From Tubiluchus corallicola (taxonomy: Eukaryota > Animalia > Priapulida), in assembly GCA_030141605.1 (NCBI GenBank), contig JAQGDQ010000106.1, forward strand, positions 434,001 to 498,000: a stretch of DNA of 64,000 bases, given 5' to 3'. Positions 1-13,200 of the stretch are shown here, piece by piece (position 1 is the first letter of the stretch; every line of letters begins with the position of its first letter). The position numbers were made by a program, and so were the translations under genes. The notes under the pieces are model-generated. The model searched no databases, was not told where the DNA came from, and saw only the letters and a program-made list of their open reading frames with translations.

Positions 1-119
1 ACATCTGAGAATGAAAAAACTGTGCAGAAAAGTGAGTAACCTTGATTTTTCCAACTTTTACATCAGAGAATGAAAAACTGTGCAGAAAAGTGAGTAACCT
101 TGATTTTTCTAACTTTTAC
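1..119 (+). repeat. Tandem repeat, ~59-60 bp unit, at least 2 copies, containing an exon end plus a GTGAGT donor
   Basis: acatc(t/a)gagaatgaaaaa(a)ctgtgcagaaaagtgagtaaccttgatttttc(c/t)aactttt occurs twice; the array may extend left of the window. Confidence 0.9.
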
Positions 120-459
120 ATTAGTTACAATTTAAATATAAAATTCTTGAATCACTAAGCTAAATACAAATTATAAGGCTGAATACAAACCTTGTGTAAT
201 TATCTCTCTGTAGGTGTGGCTTAAGTATTTTTAGCTTTTTAATTTCCTTTGACTGTTCAAAGCAAATTAGTTTTTAAGCAACATTATGTTGAATCAAAAG
301 CAACCTAATAACTTCTAACAAAAGAAGTCTTAAACACTAATAACTTCTTTCAAAAGATGCATGCCAATAAATAAAGTAATATGTTTATTTGCATCTAAAG
401 TGAAAGCTTTGTAGCCAAATGCACACTGCATTCAGCATTTTTTTAAATTTTTTAACAAG

Positions 460-3400
460 ATTAAAGAGATTGAGTTGACAAGGAAACAAGATGAGACCCG
501 GATGATGCTTGAAAATCAGCAGCTGCAGCAACAACTTGCCCTTGCTCGGTAAGTAATTAATTATATGTGCAATGCATAATGACTTCATTAAAAAGCTGTG
601 TTTTTCCATTATACAAACTTTGGAGTATATTTTACTAATTTACAAATGCGAAGTGACAATAAATAGGTGAGGGAGGATTGTAGTAGTCCTTGACCTTATT
701 ATCTTTAGTACACATTTAGTATCTATTTACTGTTTAAGGCAAATAAGTGTCTTTTTGTGAAAATTAATGCTATTCGTTGGTATGGAAAACAAGTTGCATT
801 TACACAAAGGAGTGTTCATTAATAATGTAAAAATTGTAACAGAATAAGAAAATATTTTTCTGTTATTCAGGGAGGAAACAGAACGAAAAACAACAGAAGC
901 ATTTCAGGCAAAGAAAGATCTAAACCAGAAGGTAACTTCTTTGCGGCAAAGCAATATGAATCAGCAGCAGATGGCTAAGATATCTCTTCTAGAAGCTGAA
1001 CTTCAAATGGCTCAGGTAACCACTAATGTGCACATATTAAAAAAATCAATTTATATTTTCATTTTACTAGATGCATGCAAGCATTTATCACTGAGGTAGC
1101 TGCTATCGCCTGTGGTTAAATTTATGCTTTGTCTCCAGAACTGGTTATTGTGAGCATCGTTTCAATAATGCACTTCATCAAATAGCAAAGACTAGTGACC
1201 AGAAGAGGTGACCAGTACTTTTAACAGCCTACTGACTTTTCTAAAAAAATATGGAGACATATATATATATCATACTTGATAATTTTCTGAGCTAAGTAAC
1301 TGTGAAGGAAAATAATTTGTTTTATCTAGGAATCAGAATGTTCGTTAAAGGAACAAGTGTCACAGTTGCAGAATGCAATAACGAACAGAGAAACTCAGCT
1401 TGTTACCAATTATGAAGAAAAATTGGGAAGCAAAGAGGAGAGAATTGTGAAATTACGGCAAGACTTGCAAGCTGTAGAGGAGCAGGTGTCGATTAAGTTT
1501 TTTTTACATTTTTTCACGATTTGTGATCAGCTACTTGATTTACTTGACTGAGCTGTTGCTTATTCTGTTTTAGTCATTAGTAGCTGTACTGCTGTTGTTT
1601 ATAATGTCTCGCTAGTCACTATGAGATGCAGAATGTGTCAGCTGGATGCATATTTGCAAGCTGTGTGTCTTCATAAGGTTGAGAAATTCACTATTACATA
1701 GCTCTGTATGTTACAGAACTTTTATTTTTTGATTACACAAAATAGTAATTGCTTTCATATAAAAGTTTTTATTGCAAAATAAAGTATCTTAACAAATTTA
1801 GTGGTTTGAAATAAGTTAATGCAATTTTCTAAAAGTTCCATAAGACAGTGCAGCAGATAGTAGGGGTGAGCATTCTCTATTAGAAAGCGAATTCAAATCC
1901 AATCGAATTTTTGACTTTGGAACTCAAATTAAATCGAATAACAAGATTTCGATTCCGAATCTAATTCGAATTCAGTTTTAAAAATTTTCATATAAATGTT
2001 CAAATCATAAATAAAAAGCCGTATTGCTTAATTTTGTTCTGCAAATAATTTGCTTAAAAAATGTGCACAGTCACACTAAATTGTGCTGATTGCATGAAGT
2101 TTCAAACATTTTAATGATAAAGAACATAATTGTAGTTGAGGTGGTGACAATGCCATTGTCATGGCTTCCTCCTGATATGCATTAGCTTCCCATGGGATAG
2201 TAATATCGGTACCACTTAGCAATTCAAGTGTTGTAATTAATAATGCAACTTGATAATCAGGAAAGCATAGAAAACCCAGTCCTGTGATCTTTTTTTAGAT
2301 GCATTTTTTGCAAGAAGCTAACAGAAAGGAGAGGGAAAAGGAAAGGCAGAGAAATAAAGAGACGGAGAACAAGAAAATTCAAGATCTACAAAGACAGGTG
2401 TGCTTGCATGTTTGTTCTAGATTTTTCTAAAAAATGTTTCTACTGTTGTGCCTGCATGTTCATTCTAAATTTGTCTAAAAAATGTTTCTACTGTTGTGCC
2501 TGCAGGTTCATTCTAAATTTGTCTAAAAAATGTTTCTACTGTTTTCTGGAAAATTCTTTATGCTCGTGTTACTTGTTGTTTTGCTGTTACAAGCACAGTT
2601 GAACCTTCATTATCGATTACCTGAATATCGATTTGAAATAATGTCATTTTTAGGTGTGATCTATAAGTCACGCAAATTACAGATGTACTGTTATTAGACA
2701 TTGAAGTTTAAATTTTTTTACTTTTTCATCTTATATGGCATAAATCTTAGTTATTTTGTGCATACGGGTGCAAACCATTCGACCAACTTTTGTAATTATA
2801 AATTATTTTCCAAATGATTAATGTCCAAATGTGCTGTGGAGTTTATTAGCTTGTTTAGTTGAAGTTCTACTATATGCATTTGTCGAAATTTTAAATATAA
2901 ACTTTTTCTGTAAATTAAGGCAATTTCTAAAGATATGATATTTCAAAAGTTAAGATTTTCTTTTTACATTTGCAGACATGTTTTGCTATCTCTTATCTTA
3001 AAAAGATCTACAAAGTGGTTTTTATATTGTTTTATAGATACGAGAATTAGAAGGCATTGTTCGGAAACGAAACCCAGATTCCGTTGCGTCACTCATTATG
3101 GCCGCAAATTCTTCGAGTTCCGACAACTCTCAAGAGCTGCAACATTTAAAGAATCAGAATAACAAACTACAGACAGAACTGGATAAAAAAGATTTGGAAA
3201 TGAAGGAGAAACTGGCCAATCTGAAAAAACAATTTGAAGACATTAAAGTAAAATTTATTTATGCTATTTTTCCATTTACATCGCAGCTTCATTAATAGTC
3301 TATCTTCTATATTTGATTCAATGGAAATATATTTTGTCTACTCCTGCTGTTATTTTAGTGAAACAAAAATTTATAGCATGCCTCACATAGCATTCACATA

Positions 3401-6400
3401 TTACTAAATCAGTGAGTATTTGTGTGACTTTAGGATGGGTATAAGCAACAAATCCAACATTTAGAGCATAAACTAGAGGAAAAAATGAAAAAGTTGGCTT
3501 CAGGCAAGTTTACACAGACTAGAGTGACTAGTCCTCGATCACCTACTTGCAAGCAAGAAACTAGAAGAGCTGTGAATTCATCTTCATTAACACGCCATTG
3601 GCAAAGTTCAGTTAATCGAAGCAGTCCTCCTTCGCAAACTTCTAGTCCAGAAAGAGCATCAACTGCATATTACTTCAGTAGACCATCTGCTTCAGGTAAA
3701 AGTTTGAAGTTTTCTGAAGTGACTAGTCTGTCTACAAGATTTCAAATAAATAAAATGCTATTTTTATTTGCTTAAGTCTGTTTTAGAATGCATTTTAGTT
3801 TTTATTTGACATTAGAATTCCCTTTTTTGATCGCAATGTAAGATTTCTTCGTGTTTTTGTCGAGTGGTACAATTTTGCAGTCTGTACCAATTTACAGCAA
3901 CATTTGTAGTTTCAAAATTGTGCAAAAATGAATTGAAACAATTGCAGATAATAAGTCTGAGGAATTTGCTGCCATGAGAACCAAAGTGTTATCGCTTATG
4001 CGTCAGTTGTCGTCTCAAAGGAGGGAGCTGGCATCAGTTAATAAAACATGCAATTACTTAAAGAAGGAAAGACAAGAACTGTTGGCTCAGTTAGGACGAC
4101 CTAGTAAGTAACAACATATACAGTCTAGCCTCGTTATCTCGCCCCTCGTTATGCCGCCAAACTCGTCTCTCGCCATAGAAAGTACCAGGACGGATTTCCT
4201 GCTTTGATATTTACCTCGTGAAGTCGCCACCCTCGCTTCTCGCCCTCGCCACGTCATGCTAGGATGAGTGCTTATGTAAACTATATTCGTTATGTCGCCA
4301 AACAGACAAACTCAGAGGTGAACGATCAATACATATACCGCGTGTCGATCAATATAACTGCGGTATGTAGACAATGCTGCTGTACTCGATAGACAGACAT
4401 AATTAATCTAGTGTGTGTCTCACCAGGATTAGATTAGGAGTGCTGTGGTTGGTTAATGCGCAGAGAAACTAAAGCGTCACCAATATCCTTACTCTATAAC
4501 ACCAAAGCTGCGTTTAAGTTTGAGTTTCCACAAAGTGTGAGCAACTTTACATGATGTCTCTGAAGCGAAAACTGTTTTGTCTTAATCGCAATCCGCTGGA
4601 CAAAGCTGAGCTGGGACGAAGTGACGGAGAGCTGTATCAAGAACTGCTGGCGCCACACGGGTATACTACCAATAGAAGCAGCAGCCGCGGACGCTGACAC
4701 TCAGTCGACAGCTGAAGCCCACCGTGCATTTCGCAACCTATTTGCAAAATATATTTTATATGTACATAGAGGAACACTATGTTAATCAACTATTATGTAT
4801 ATACATATTGACTAACTTCGTTATATTCCCGTTATCTCGCCATACTCGCCTCTCGCCAAAAATTTGCCCTAGACGGACAGTGGCGAAATAACGAGACTAG
4901 ACTGTAGTTATTTTTACATATTGAAAAGTGAATGACAAAAAATGGACAAAAATAGCGCAGATTTAACAATGAAGACCAATTTCAAAGGAAAGGTATAAAA
5001 TTACACAACACTACTATATCAACAATGAAGTTAGCTTTGGATTTTCGTAATGTAACAGAGATGAGAATCATTATATGCGGTGTGTGAAAAACCATCACGG
5101 TGTTTGAGCAGCAGAAAGTTTGTGGTATTTTTAAAGAAAACAACCCATTGTTAATTCATATGGGTTTGTAAGCTGGATTCCTAAAATCTGATTTAGAAAA
5201 AGAACCATTTTAAACGTTGATAAAACTCACTTGGATAAATACTCAGGGTCTCTTCTTGAGATTATGGAAGCTTTAGTCTTTCTTTTCTGTGATATACTTT
5301 TATACTATTTTAGAAACAAAAAGTGATTTTAGAGGAAAGAGGAATCACAGAGTAAGATCTGCATGCTCATCTACAAATGACAGTAAGAAACTAGCAAGAA
5401 ATTCTCCTAACATGTCGGAAGATTCTGCCAGGGCGAAAGTTTACGAACCAAGTGAATTCACAACGAGCAAAGAGGAGCATCTTACCCAGCGGGTAAAGAA
5501 CAAAAACAATCTAATGATAAATAAAAACAATGATATTAATGTTTTAATCAGTGATTATGTCATATTAATTCATCACAGTGCTTTGTCAACATTTACTTAC
5601 ATTTTGCAAGAAATATTTAGCTCTGCGATCGCACCTATTGTCATTCAGTTAGTAAAGAGCATTCTAAGCACTTGTAAGGCACCAAGAAGTTAAAAAATTT
5701 AATAAGTTGATCATTATTTGATATATGCTTTTAAAGGCATAAATCTTAACTGCAGAGTTTCTTTATTTTTCCAGATATTTTGAAAGCTCTACAGTTCACA
5801 GCAACATACTTTTTGCACATAGTCACATAGTTACACAGAACATTTTTGTAAAAATATAAAAAACTAAAGTGATGTGTTTAGACTGTGACAATGTGTTTAT
5901 TCATATTCAGATAGAAGAGTTATCTAAAACTTTACAAGAAGAAAGATTAGCTCACCAACAAGCACTGGCACAACTTGAATCTGATGCGAAGCAAGCTTTG
6001 AAAATTGCTGAATCCAAGGTGCGACTACAAGTCACTAAAACCAAATTGCACTTACCGTAGTTACCTGCCTAACAGTAGATTAATGTTCGAACTATAGTAG
6101 TAAATGTGAATTGCAAATTATGTTTGTTGCAGATTCTACAAATAAAAACAAATGTTTCAGTTTCAAAGCAAACAAAAGATAGTTTTACAAGCATTTCCAT
6201 TAGCGATGTATTTTTCAGTGCTATTTTAATAAACTGCTGTTAGCCAGAAAGTTAATGCAATTTATTTTTTCAGGCCAGCGACTATGCCAGTAGATCCGAG
6301 AAGCAAACTTACCTTCAGACCAGAACAAAACTTGATGAGTATACAGATTTCATTCATAAACAGCAGGTACTTTGTCATATTTATTACTAGCTGCACTTGC

Positions 6401-7790
6401 TACTTATATCTGTGAACTTCTAGTCCACTAAATGCCTTGTTGTGAAATTGCTTAGTTTATGCACTTAGTCAAGTACAGCTGAGCACTGTACCAAAAATAT
6501 TTTTACTTCCTAATAAGTTCTGATCAACTACCAGGTTTAGAAATTTGGAAACTGGAAAAAGACTAAAATAATAAAACTTTTCTGGAGAATTGAAGCTGAT
6601 GAATTCTCTTTTATTATAGCTACTTTTCACGATTCAGTTATACATTCAAAGTGATTTTCACTTATTGAGTTACCTTTGTCAGCAGTACAGTAATCAGAGT
6701 TTTTCATCATCACATGGTTGCATTAAGAGTTTTTTTTGCACATTTGTCTTCAGGAAGAGATTGCACTTCTAAAGAAACAGGTTAACCAGTCACGGTCCGA
6801 AAAGAAACAGTTATCTGAACTCCAACTGACTAAGCAACAGCAGCGCCTTGAAATAGAAAGCCTGCAACGTGAGCTTGCTGACGCTCAACAAAACCGGCCT
6901 CCTGTACGTTTGCTTTATTCAGTGATTTGTTCAAATGTGTGATAAGTCATTTTCTGGAATCTTTTTATTGCTAATATTTAAACCGAGCAGTAAGAGAACA
7001 TCTTTGTGTTACTTGTGTGCTACTGATATTATTCATTTGAAATTTGTATCTGAAAAGCATAAAAGAGACTTCAAATTAAAACATGACATGTTCAAAGCAA
7101 CAGAAGAACAACATAAGTTAACAAGAGCATGCAACTAAAATAATATAATTTTAAACTTTTTTTGTAAAAATGCTAATCTTTTACAGGAAAGCAAACAGTT
7201 TGACACACTACTTAAAGACCTCAATGATCTAGAGAGAAGGTATGATTAGCCTGTTAGCTTGTTGCCAGAGCAAGTTATAATTAACGCCGTAACTTATAAT
7301 TGATTGTACTACTTGGGAACGGTCATGTACATCAATGCACATTTTTTCAGCTATGTTTAGTTGTGCATGCATAACCTATACTTTGCAGCACAAATGTTGG
7401 CACCAGATAGTGGCACCACTAAAACTAATGTGTTGAATACATACGTCTATGGTCACTTTGAAATTTAAATTTACAACACAGTTAGCATCATCATATATCA
7501 TATTATTCATGCATTATTTTTACTACTATTGTATTATGCAAAAGTTAAAATTCTTATTCTATTTTGTTTTTATGATCAGTTTGTTTCTTAAATGTTGTTA
7601 TTATAGGTTTGCATGCCGGGAATTACAACTACAGTCGTTACAAAGTGGAATGAGGGGAACTCGAACTTATGGACTAGATTTCTTAACAACGAAATCTGCA
7701 CCCAGAAGTTCACAAATTCTAGAATTTCGGAAGGAACTGGACAACATTTTAGACTCTTTGAAAAAATTAAAATACCATCATGTATCATGA
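460..7790 (+). CDS. CEP162: Centrosomal protein of 162 kDa (CEP162/QN1), C-terminal part; 5' end lies upstream of the window
   Basis: Phase-consistent GT-AG exons: 460-548, 871-1015, 1330-1485, 2299-2397, 3038-3247, 3434-3695, 3948-4103, 5314-5492, 5911-6018, 6274-6366, 6754-6903, 7187-7239, 7607-7790 (TGA). The product is coiled-coil with CEP162-like motifs KKIQDLQRQIRELEGIVRKRNPDSVASLIMAA, KVYEPSEF and terminal LEFRKELDNILDSLKKL. Confidence 0.85.
2399..2543 (+). repeat. Tandem repeat, 48 bp x3, starting at a CEP162 splice donor
   Basis: The tgca(t/g)gtt...aaaaaatgtttctactgtt unit recurs at 2405, 2453 and 2501. Confidence 0.92.
4121..4904 (+). mobile_element. pogo/Tigger-like (Tc1/mariner superfamily) internally deleted DNA transposon
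   Basis: TA target duplication at 4119-20 and 4905-06. TIRs CAGTCTAGCCTCGTTATCTCGCC / GGCGAAATAACGAGACTAGACTG. Internal remnant ~4580-4750 reads LIAIRWTKLSWDEVTESCIKNCWRHTGIL, typical of the C-terminal end of pogo/Tigger DDE_1 transposases. Confidence 0.92.
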
Positions 7791-9891
7791 CAGTCATGTT
7801 TTTGATGATACCTCAATATCTGAAGCCCTTATTGCTAACAACTATTTCATTGTTTCAATATTATCTGGTTTCTTTTTGGGATAAGGGATCCAGGAATTCA
7901 GAAGATTAGCATACAAATCAGATTGGAAGAATAATGAAACTTGTATTTATTTCACTTGTAAATGGCTATAAATTGGGCATGAAAATGTAAGCATTTGTGA
8001 ACTAGTAGTGCCTTAAGTTTTTGAGCTTATCTTGTAATTTTCTGTCAAATTGCAAGATGCAGATTTTCATTTGATATAATATAATCTATATATTTATAGT
8101 ATTTCATACAGTCTATATTACGTAAATTTTAAAATGTACAAAGATAAGTTAAAAAGCAGCATATACAGTGTAACGATAACAACGGCAACAACAATAAACG
8201 AAATAAATTTAACATGTACATACATAAGAGTAACTTATTAATTACATTATACTTATACAGAACCTTTTCTGTCTGTGCACAACATGCAAAATCTGACTAT
8301 TTCTTTATGTACTGCTTCTTAAAACACCACACCTTTCAGCACTATGTACACATAAAAGAATGACATAAAATGTTAAAAATGAAACAAGTCATGATGACCC
8401 CCAATTTAGATATGACTCAATTTATACAATTCTACTACAGGTGTTTTGCAAAAACTCTGAAAAACAATGTTCCACATACGTTCTGTGAATGAAATGAAAT
8501 TACTGTAACTAATCCTAAATTAGCAATTTAAAGTGGAGGCTACTGTGTATTAACAAGTAGCGATACATTTATCAAAATGTAAATTATTAAATTGTTTGCA
8601 CTTCAGAGATATGCCTGAACAGAAATTTGACTAGAAAAGATTAAGCTGTCATGATAATAGTTACTATAGTGTGACTGCACAGCCTAATCCAAAGTCACCA
8701 CATAGTTATCCACTTAAAAGGGTTGATTTATGATATGTTACAACTCTGTGAAACAGAAAATTTGCCCAGTGCAAAATAAATGCCCGTGTTTTGCATTAAA
8801 GAATTTGTGATTATGAAGTTTGTTTTTTTTCACTACATTTCACCTTCTTCAGATCATCAGACAGTTATGCGCTTTAAAGGTGCTACTTTTTATGTATAAA
8901 AGACTAACCTGTGCTTTAAGAATAGTTCATAAGCTTCACATTAGAACCTACGCATTACTAGAGAAGTTCACTGAACCAGCAAGAGTAATTGGTTTCTCGA
9001 CGAGACATGAAAGTTCAACTATGTATTTTCAATAATAATGTGTAGATAAGTATAAAGTGTATGTTTAAATCAAATCTAACAGATTTTTTTGTCTTCAGCA
9101 CCACAATTCTTAGCCTAACTTGGATTCCTATCGAAATATATGAAGGGAAAACAACTGTTGCAAAGTAAACAAACCGTTTACTAAAAACAGAATTACTTTT
9201 TTATCTATTAAAATTATAAGTTTAAATGGAAAAGCTGAGCTTACAAGCTTCTTATGGTTTAAACCTTAAGAAGCTTTTATTCATTTTATTAAGACAGCTG
9301 ACAAGATACACAGAGAGGTGGAAAAGTCCTTCACTTGAAATTAGCCTCAATGAGCCAGTGAATTACTGGTTCATAGTCTCACCTTATATTGCTAACAATG
9401 CTAGGTTTTGGTTCTCAAGCATGTTTAGTATAAATAAATGGCTTTGCCAATGAATGCCGACTATAAAAACAAATCCCTCAGGACCTGCACTATCGGGTCA
9501 TTACTTTGAGAATAACATTTCATACAAACAGCAAATGATATGTTTATGAACATTCAAATTTTCGCTGGTGTGGAGTGAGTGTTTCTACACATTTTCTTAC
9601 ACAACAGTTATCAAATGCTTGAGTGCCTTCTCGCAAGATGCTCCCCACTTTTGCAGTGACAACGTTTGTTCGAAATTAACAGAAATGCAAATGTATAAGT
9701 GTCTTCAAAAGCTTTCGGTGTTCTGCAGTTTGATATCAAGCACAGCAGTACAGAATCGTGATTTTTGAAAGACTTTGTTACCTCCTGTCATGCTACCAGA
9801 CCTCTTCGTATAAAGAACTCCAGTATCTCTGATGTTAAAAGCAGTGTTGGTGATACAGCTTAAATGAAGTCTGAGTAACCAGAGCTTGAAC

Positions 9892-10257
9892 CATGGGACA
9901 GTTCACGAAAATCACCATAAAGGATGACGTTTAAACATTCCTTTCCAATTACTTGATTCGGCTTGGTCCATTCGATTGTTGAGAAAGTGCAGCTTCCTTT
10001 CCAATTCATGGAAGTACATGGGACAGTTCACGAAAATCACCATAAAGGATGACGTTTAAACATTCCTTTCCAATTACTTTATTCGGCTTGGTCCATTCGA
10101 TTGTTGAGAAAGTGCAGCTTCCTTTCCAATTCGTGGAAGTACATGGGACAGTTCTCGAAAATCACCATAAAGGATGACGTTTAAACATTCCTTTCCAATT
10201 ACTTGATTCGGCTTGGTCCATTCGATTGTTGAGAAAGTGCAGCTTCCTTTCCAATTC
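9892..10257 (-). repeat. Tandem repeat, 125 bp x ~3, duplicating most of the last coding exon (with stop) of the minus-strand gene
   Basis: catgggacagtt...cttcctttccaattc starts at 9892, 10017 and 10142, with only a few substitutions between copies. Confidence 0.95.
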
Positions 10258-13200
10258 CAGCATTTCCTGCAAAAATAAAGGCAAGCAAGGTTTACAGCAG
10301 GCTGCTGAGCTTAGCAGCTGGTTGTACTTAACCACAGAAAATGCATTGTTTTCTTACCATCATGATGATAGTTAGTAAAAGTTAGACAACACATCTTTCA
10401 ATACAGTTGTGCAGCAATGGTAGCAGATGCCAAAGTTTGGACTCACTTTTAAAGCCAACTGGAACAGTTGTGCATTTTTCGCAGCTATCATAAATTGCAT
10501 AGCAAGCAACCAATACTTAATCAGCTATGTTGCAGATGAGATGAGATGTATGATTAATACATCTTATGTATAACTTATGATTGAGATATAATTGTACTAT
10601 GCATAATTTGAGCCCATAAGCACACTTACATTAATATTTCATCAAAAAACACACAGCGCCATTGCATTACTCATTTCCGTAGATCTTTTGTTGCACCCCT
10701 TATTAAAGGAAAACCAGACAATTGATTAGACTCAATCTCATTTTAATTTACTGTCCAAAATATACATTTTCTAGTAAAAATTAGCAATTCTTTCTTATAT
10801 TCGAATAATCAGCTTGGAAAGTTAATTAACAGCAGCGGAATGCAGCTATCGCCTACGTCACAAACTAACCACAGTTGGTGCAATGGTAGGTATCTTTCCT
10901 GCGAGTCAAGACATTTGCGTAAGCGAACATTGCTATAAGACGCTGATGTGATGTCACAAAAAGGGGCACTACATCACACTGATGTCACAGACGAACACTG
11001 CAGTTCATGACCATGCTTATCACGGTACCGGGCTTATTTGTCAACCCCGTGAATGTGACAAAAAGGTGACATTGCCAATCTTAGTGGATTCGCTGAGCCG
11101 CATGTCACTTTGAAAGTTTAACGAAATTTAATTATTCAAGGCAATTATTATTGAACCTAAGCTTTGATTTAAAAAAAAACTACTGTAATTTTCAATATTT
11201 CAGAGCATTTATTTTGAATTAATGTCTGCACAATCGTCCAGTTTTCTTTAAAGAATTTATATGTAAATGTATGGCTCAATTCACACTTACAATGTAACAT
11301 TTTTTCATTTTTAAACAAAGCCATGTTCACTTATGGCACTTTCAATTTCTGAAGATATTTCCTCTTTTCAACCTAGCCATTGTGACAGTGCTGTCATGTC
11401 ACTCTGTTAAAGAATGTTGAATAATGGCTTTAGAAAAATATGCAATGCACATAGTGTTGTGAAAAGTAATTCGTACATTTCTGAGAAAACTTTGGGGGGG
11501 GGGGGGAGTTACAATTCCGTGACTGGCTATCTTTTTAACTTCTGTTAGAACATTTTTGACTATGGATAGAATGCCTTTCAAACTGTCTAGAGATCTAACA
11601 ACCTTCATTAATTTAAAGGACTCCATGCATAGGAGGTTTACCCACAAGATGGCTACTCTGACAAGAAGGCTCAAATAAAAATAACTAAATCATTAGGGGC
11701 ACGTCTTCCACGTAAAATACAGAAACATTTACCTTTTGTAACTTTGAATTGCGTCTATACTTTAGGTCCGGTGTAATCGATTCCAACCGCTCTACCTAAA
11801 ATTACAATGATTTCATTAAAAATTTATTTCAATAATGTTATGGAGAAGTTCTTTAACATAAGGCAGGTCTAAGGGAGTAAGAAAGTATAATACAATACAA
11901 TGTGGTGTCGCTTAAATCAAATTACTGTAAACAAAATGATAATAATGTTGAAAATTCAGCAAGTAAAGAAACAATATACTTTGCTAAGCTAGTTTTGGGC
12001 TTTCCTTATGGCAATAAAGCATTCCCAAGAAAGGCACCAATTACTATCAGTTTAAGCTCCAGTAAAATGAATCAAAACTGACATTTTCTATTGAACAAAT
12101 TTCTTCTGTGATCAATAATTTCATGCTTGATGCACAGTAATAAATATCATAGTAAGTAATATAGTCAAAAATATACTTAAGACAAACGTTTACCCGTTTA
12201 AATAAATTCTCTAGCTTACTCCTGAGTGTTTCATTGTATGAAGGCATGTGAATCGTCCTTGGCTTTGGTTTAACTTCAATAAAAATATCATCGAAAATTA
12301 ATTATTTATGCATATCCTTAGCATGTAGCGATGCAAAATCAAAAGCTAATGTGTACATGTAAAATTAAAATATCATGACCGCACAGAGACAATTATCGGT
12401 AACGGCTGCTATTGTAATGCTATTAACACTCTGCATAGTATTCAAGTTAGTGAAGTGGCTTTGCTGCAGATTTACCAACAATTTGAATGGTTTAATTCAG
12501 AATTTTGGTTAAATAGTGTTAGTGGTTACAGTGTTCAATAACTCCGTGTTTCTATCTCATAAAGTATTTTAAGAGTTACAGGTAATTATGTAGTTATACA
12601 CTAGTTATTAAATTTTTAGTTATCAGTTTACCAGCTAAAAATTTCAAAAATGTGTCACAGTGCCAGCATAATTTAGTTTCAAATGCAGTTTTATAGATTA
12701 CAAATTATATACTGTGACACTTGGAATATTGTTCATCTTTAACTAACTTACCATTTTGATACATTGTAACTACTTCTAGTATGTATGGACTGAAAAATAA
12801 ACAAACAAACAAAAATAATAGCAACAAAAAAGAAATATCCATAACAGCTGAGAAGCAAACTGTAAGTGCAGACTGAAAAGTACCACTTTTACATTCCATT
12901 CGAATGTACTTCGCTTGTTTTCTTAGTAACAAGTCTAACAGAAACATGTCAGATTTAATTATTTATAAGTAATCATGTATATTTGCTTTCCTAAAAAAAG
13001 AGAAAAAACTTGGAAATAATACTTGAACAGCCTAGCTGTTAAGCACTAACGTGAAATATGAACAGATGATCTCCAAATCAAATAACAGCAAATTAAAAAA
13101 ACATGTTGAACAAAAAGTAATTAATTAACTATTAAACAAATTTGTACCTAGCTTTTGCATTTGGTATAATTTCTGCATTAATAGGAATCAAGCATCCCCT

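Noticed and set aside
1861-1975. Complete hAT MITE with ATCGAAT repeats
   Set aside because: Only a left-end-like segment is visible, with no matching right TIR or TSD.
9892-10257. CRISPR-like array
   Set aside because: The units are contiguous with no unique spacers, they derive from an exon, and the context is eukaryotic.
12310-12322. U12 (ATATCCTT) intron donor
   Set aside because: The motif is not at an exon boundary of any gene model on that strand; the same applies to similar motifs at ~4483, ~22362 and ~35122.
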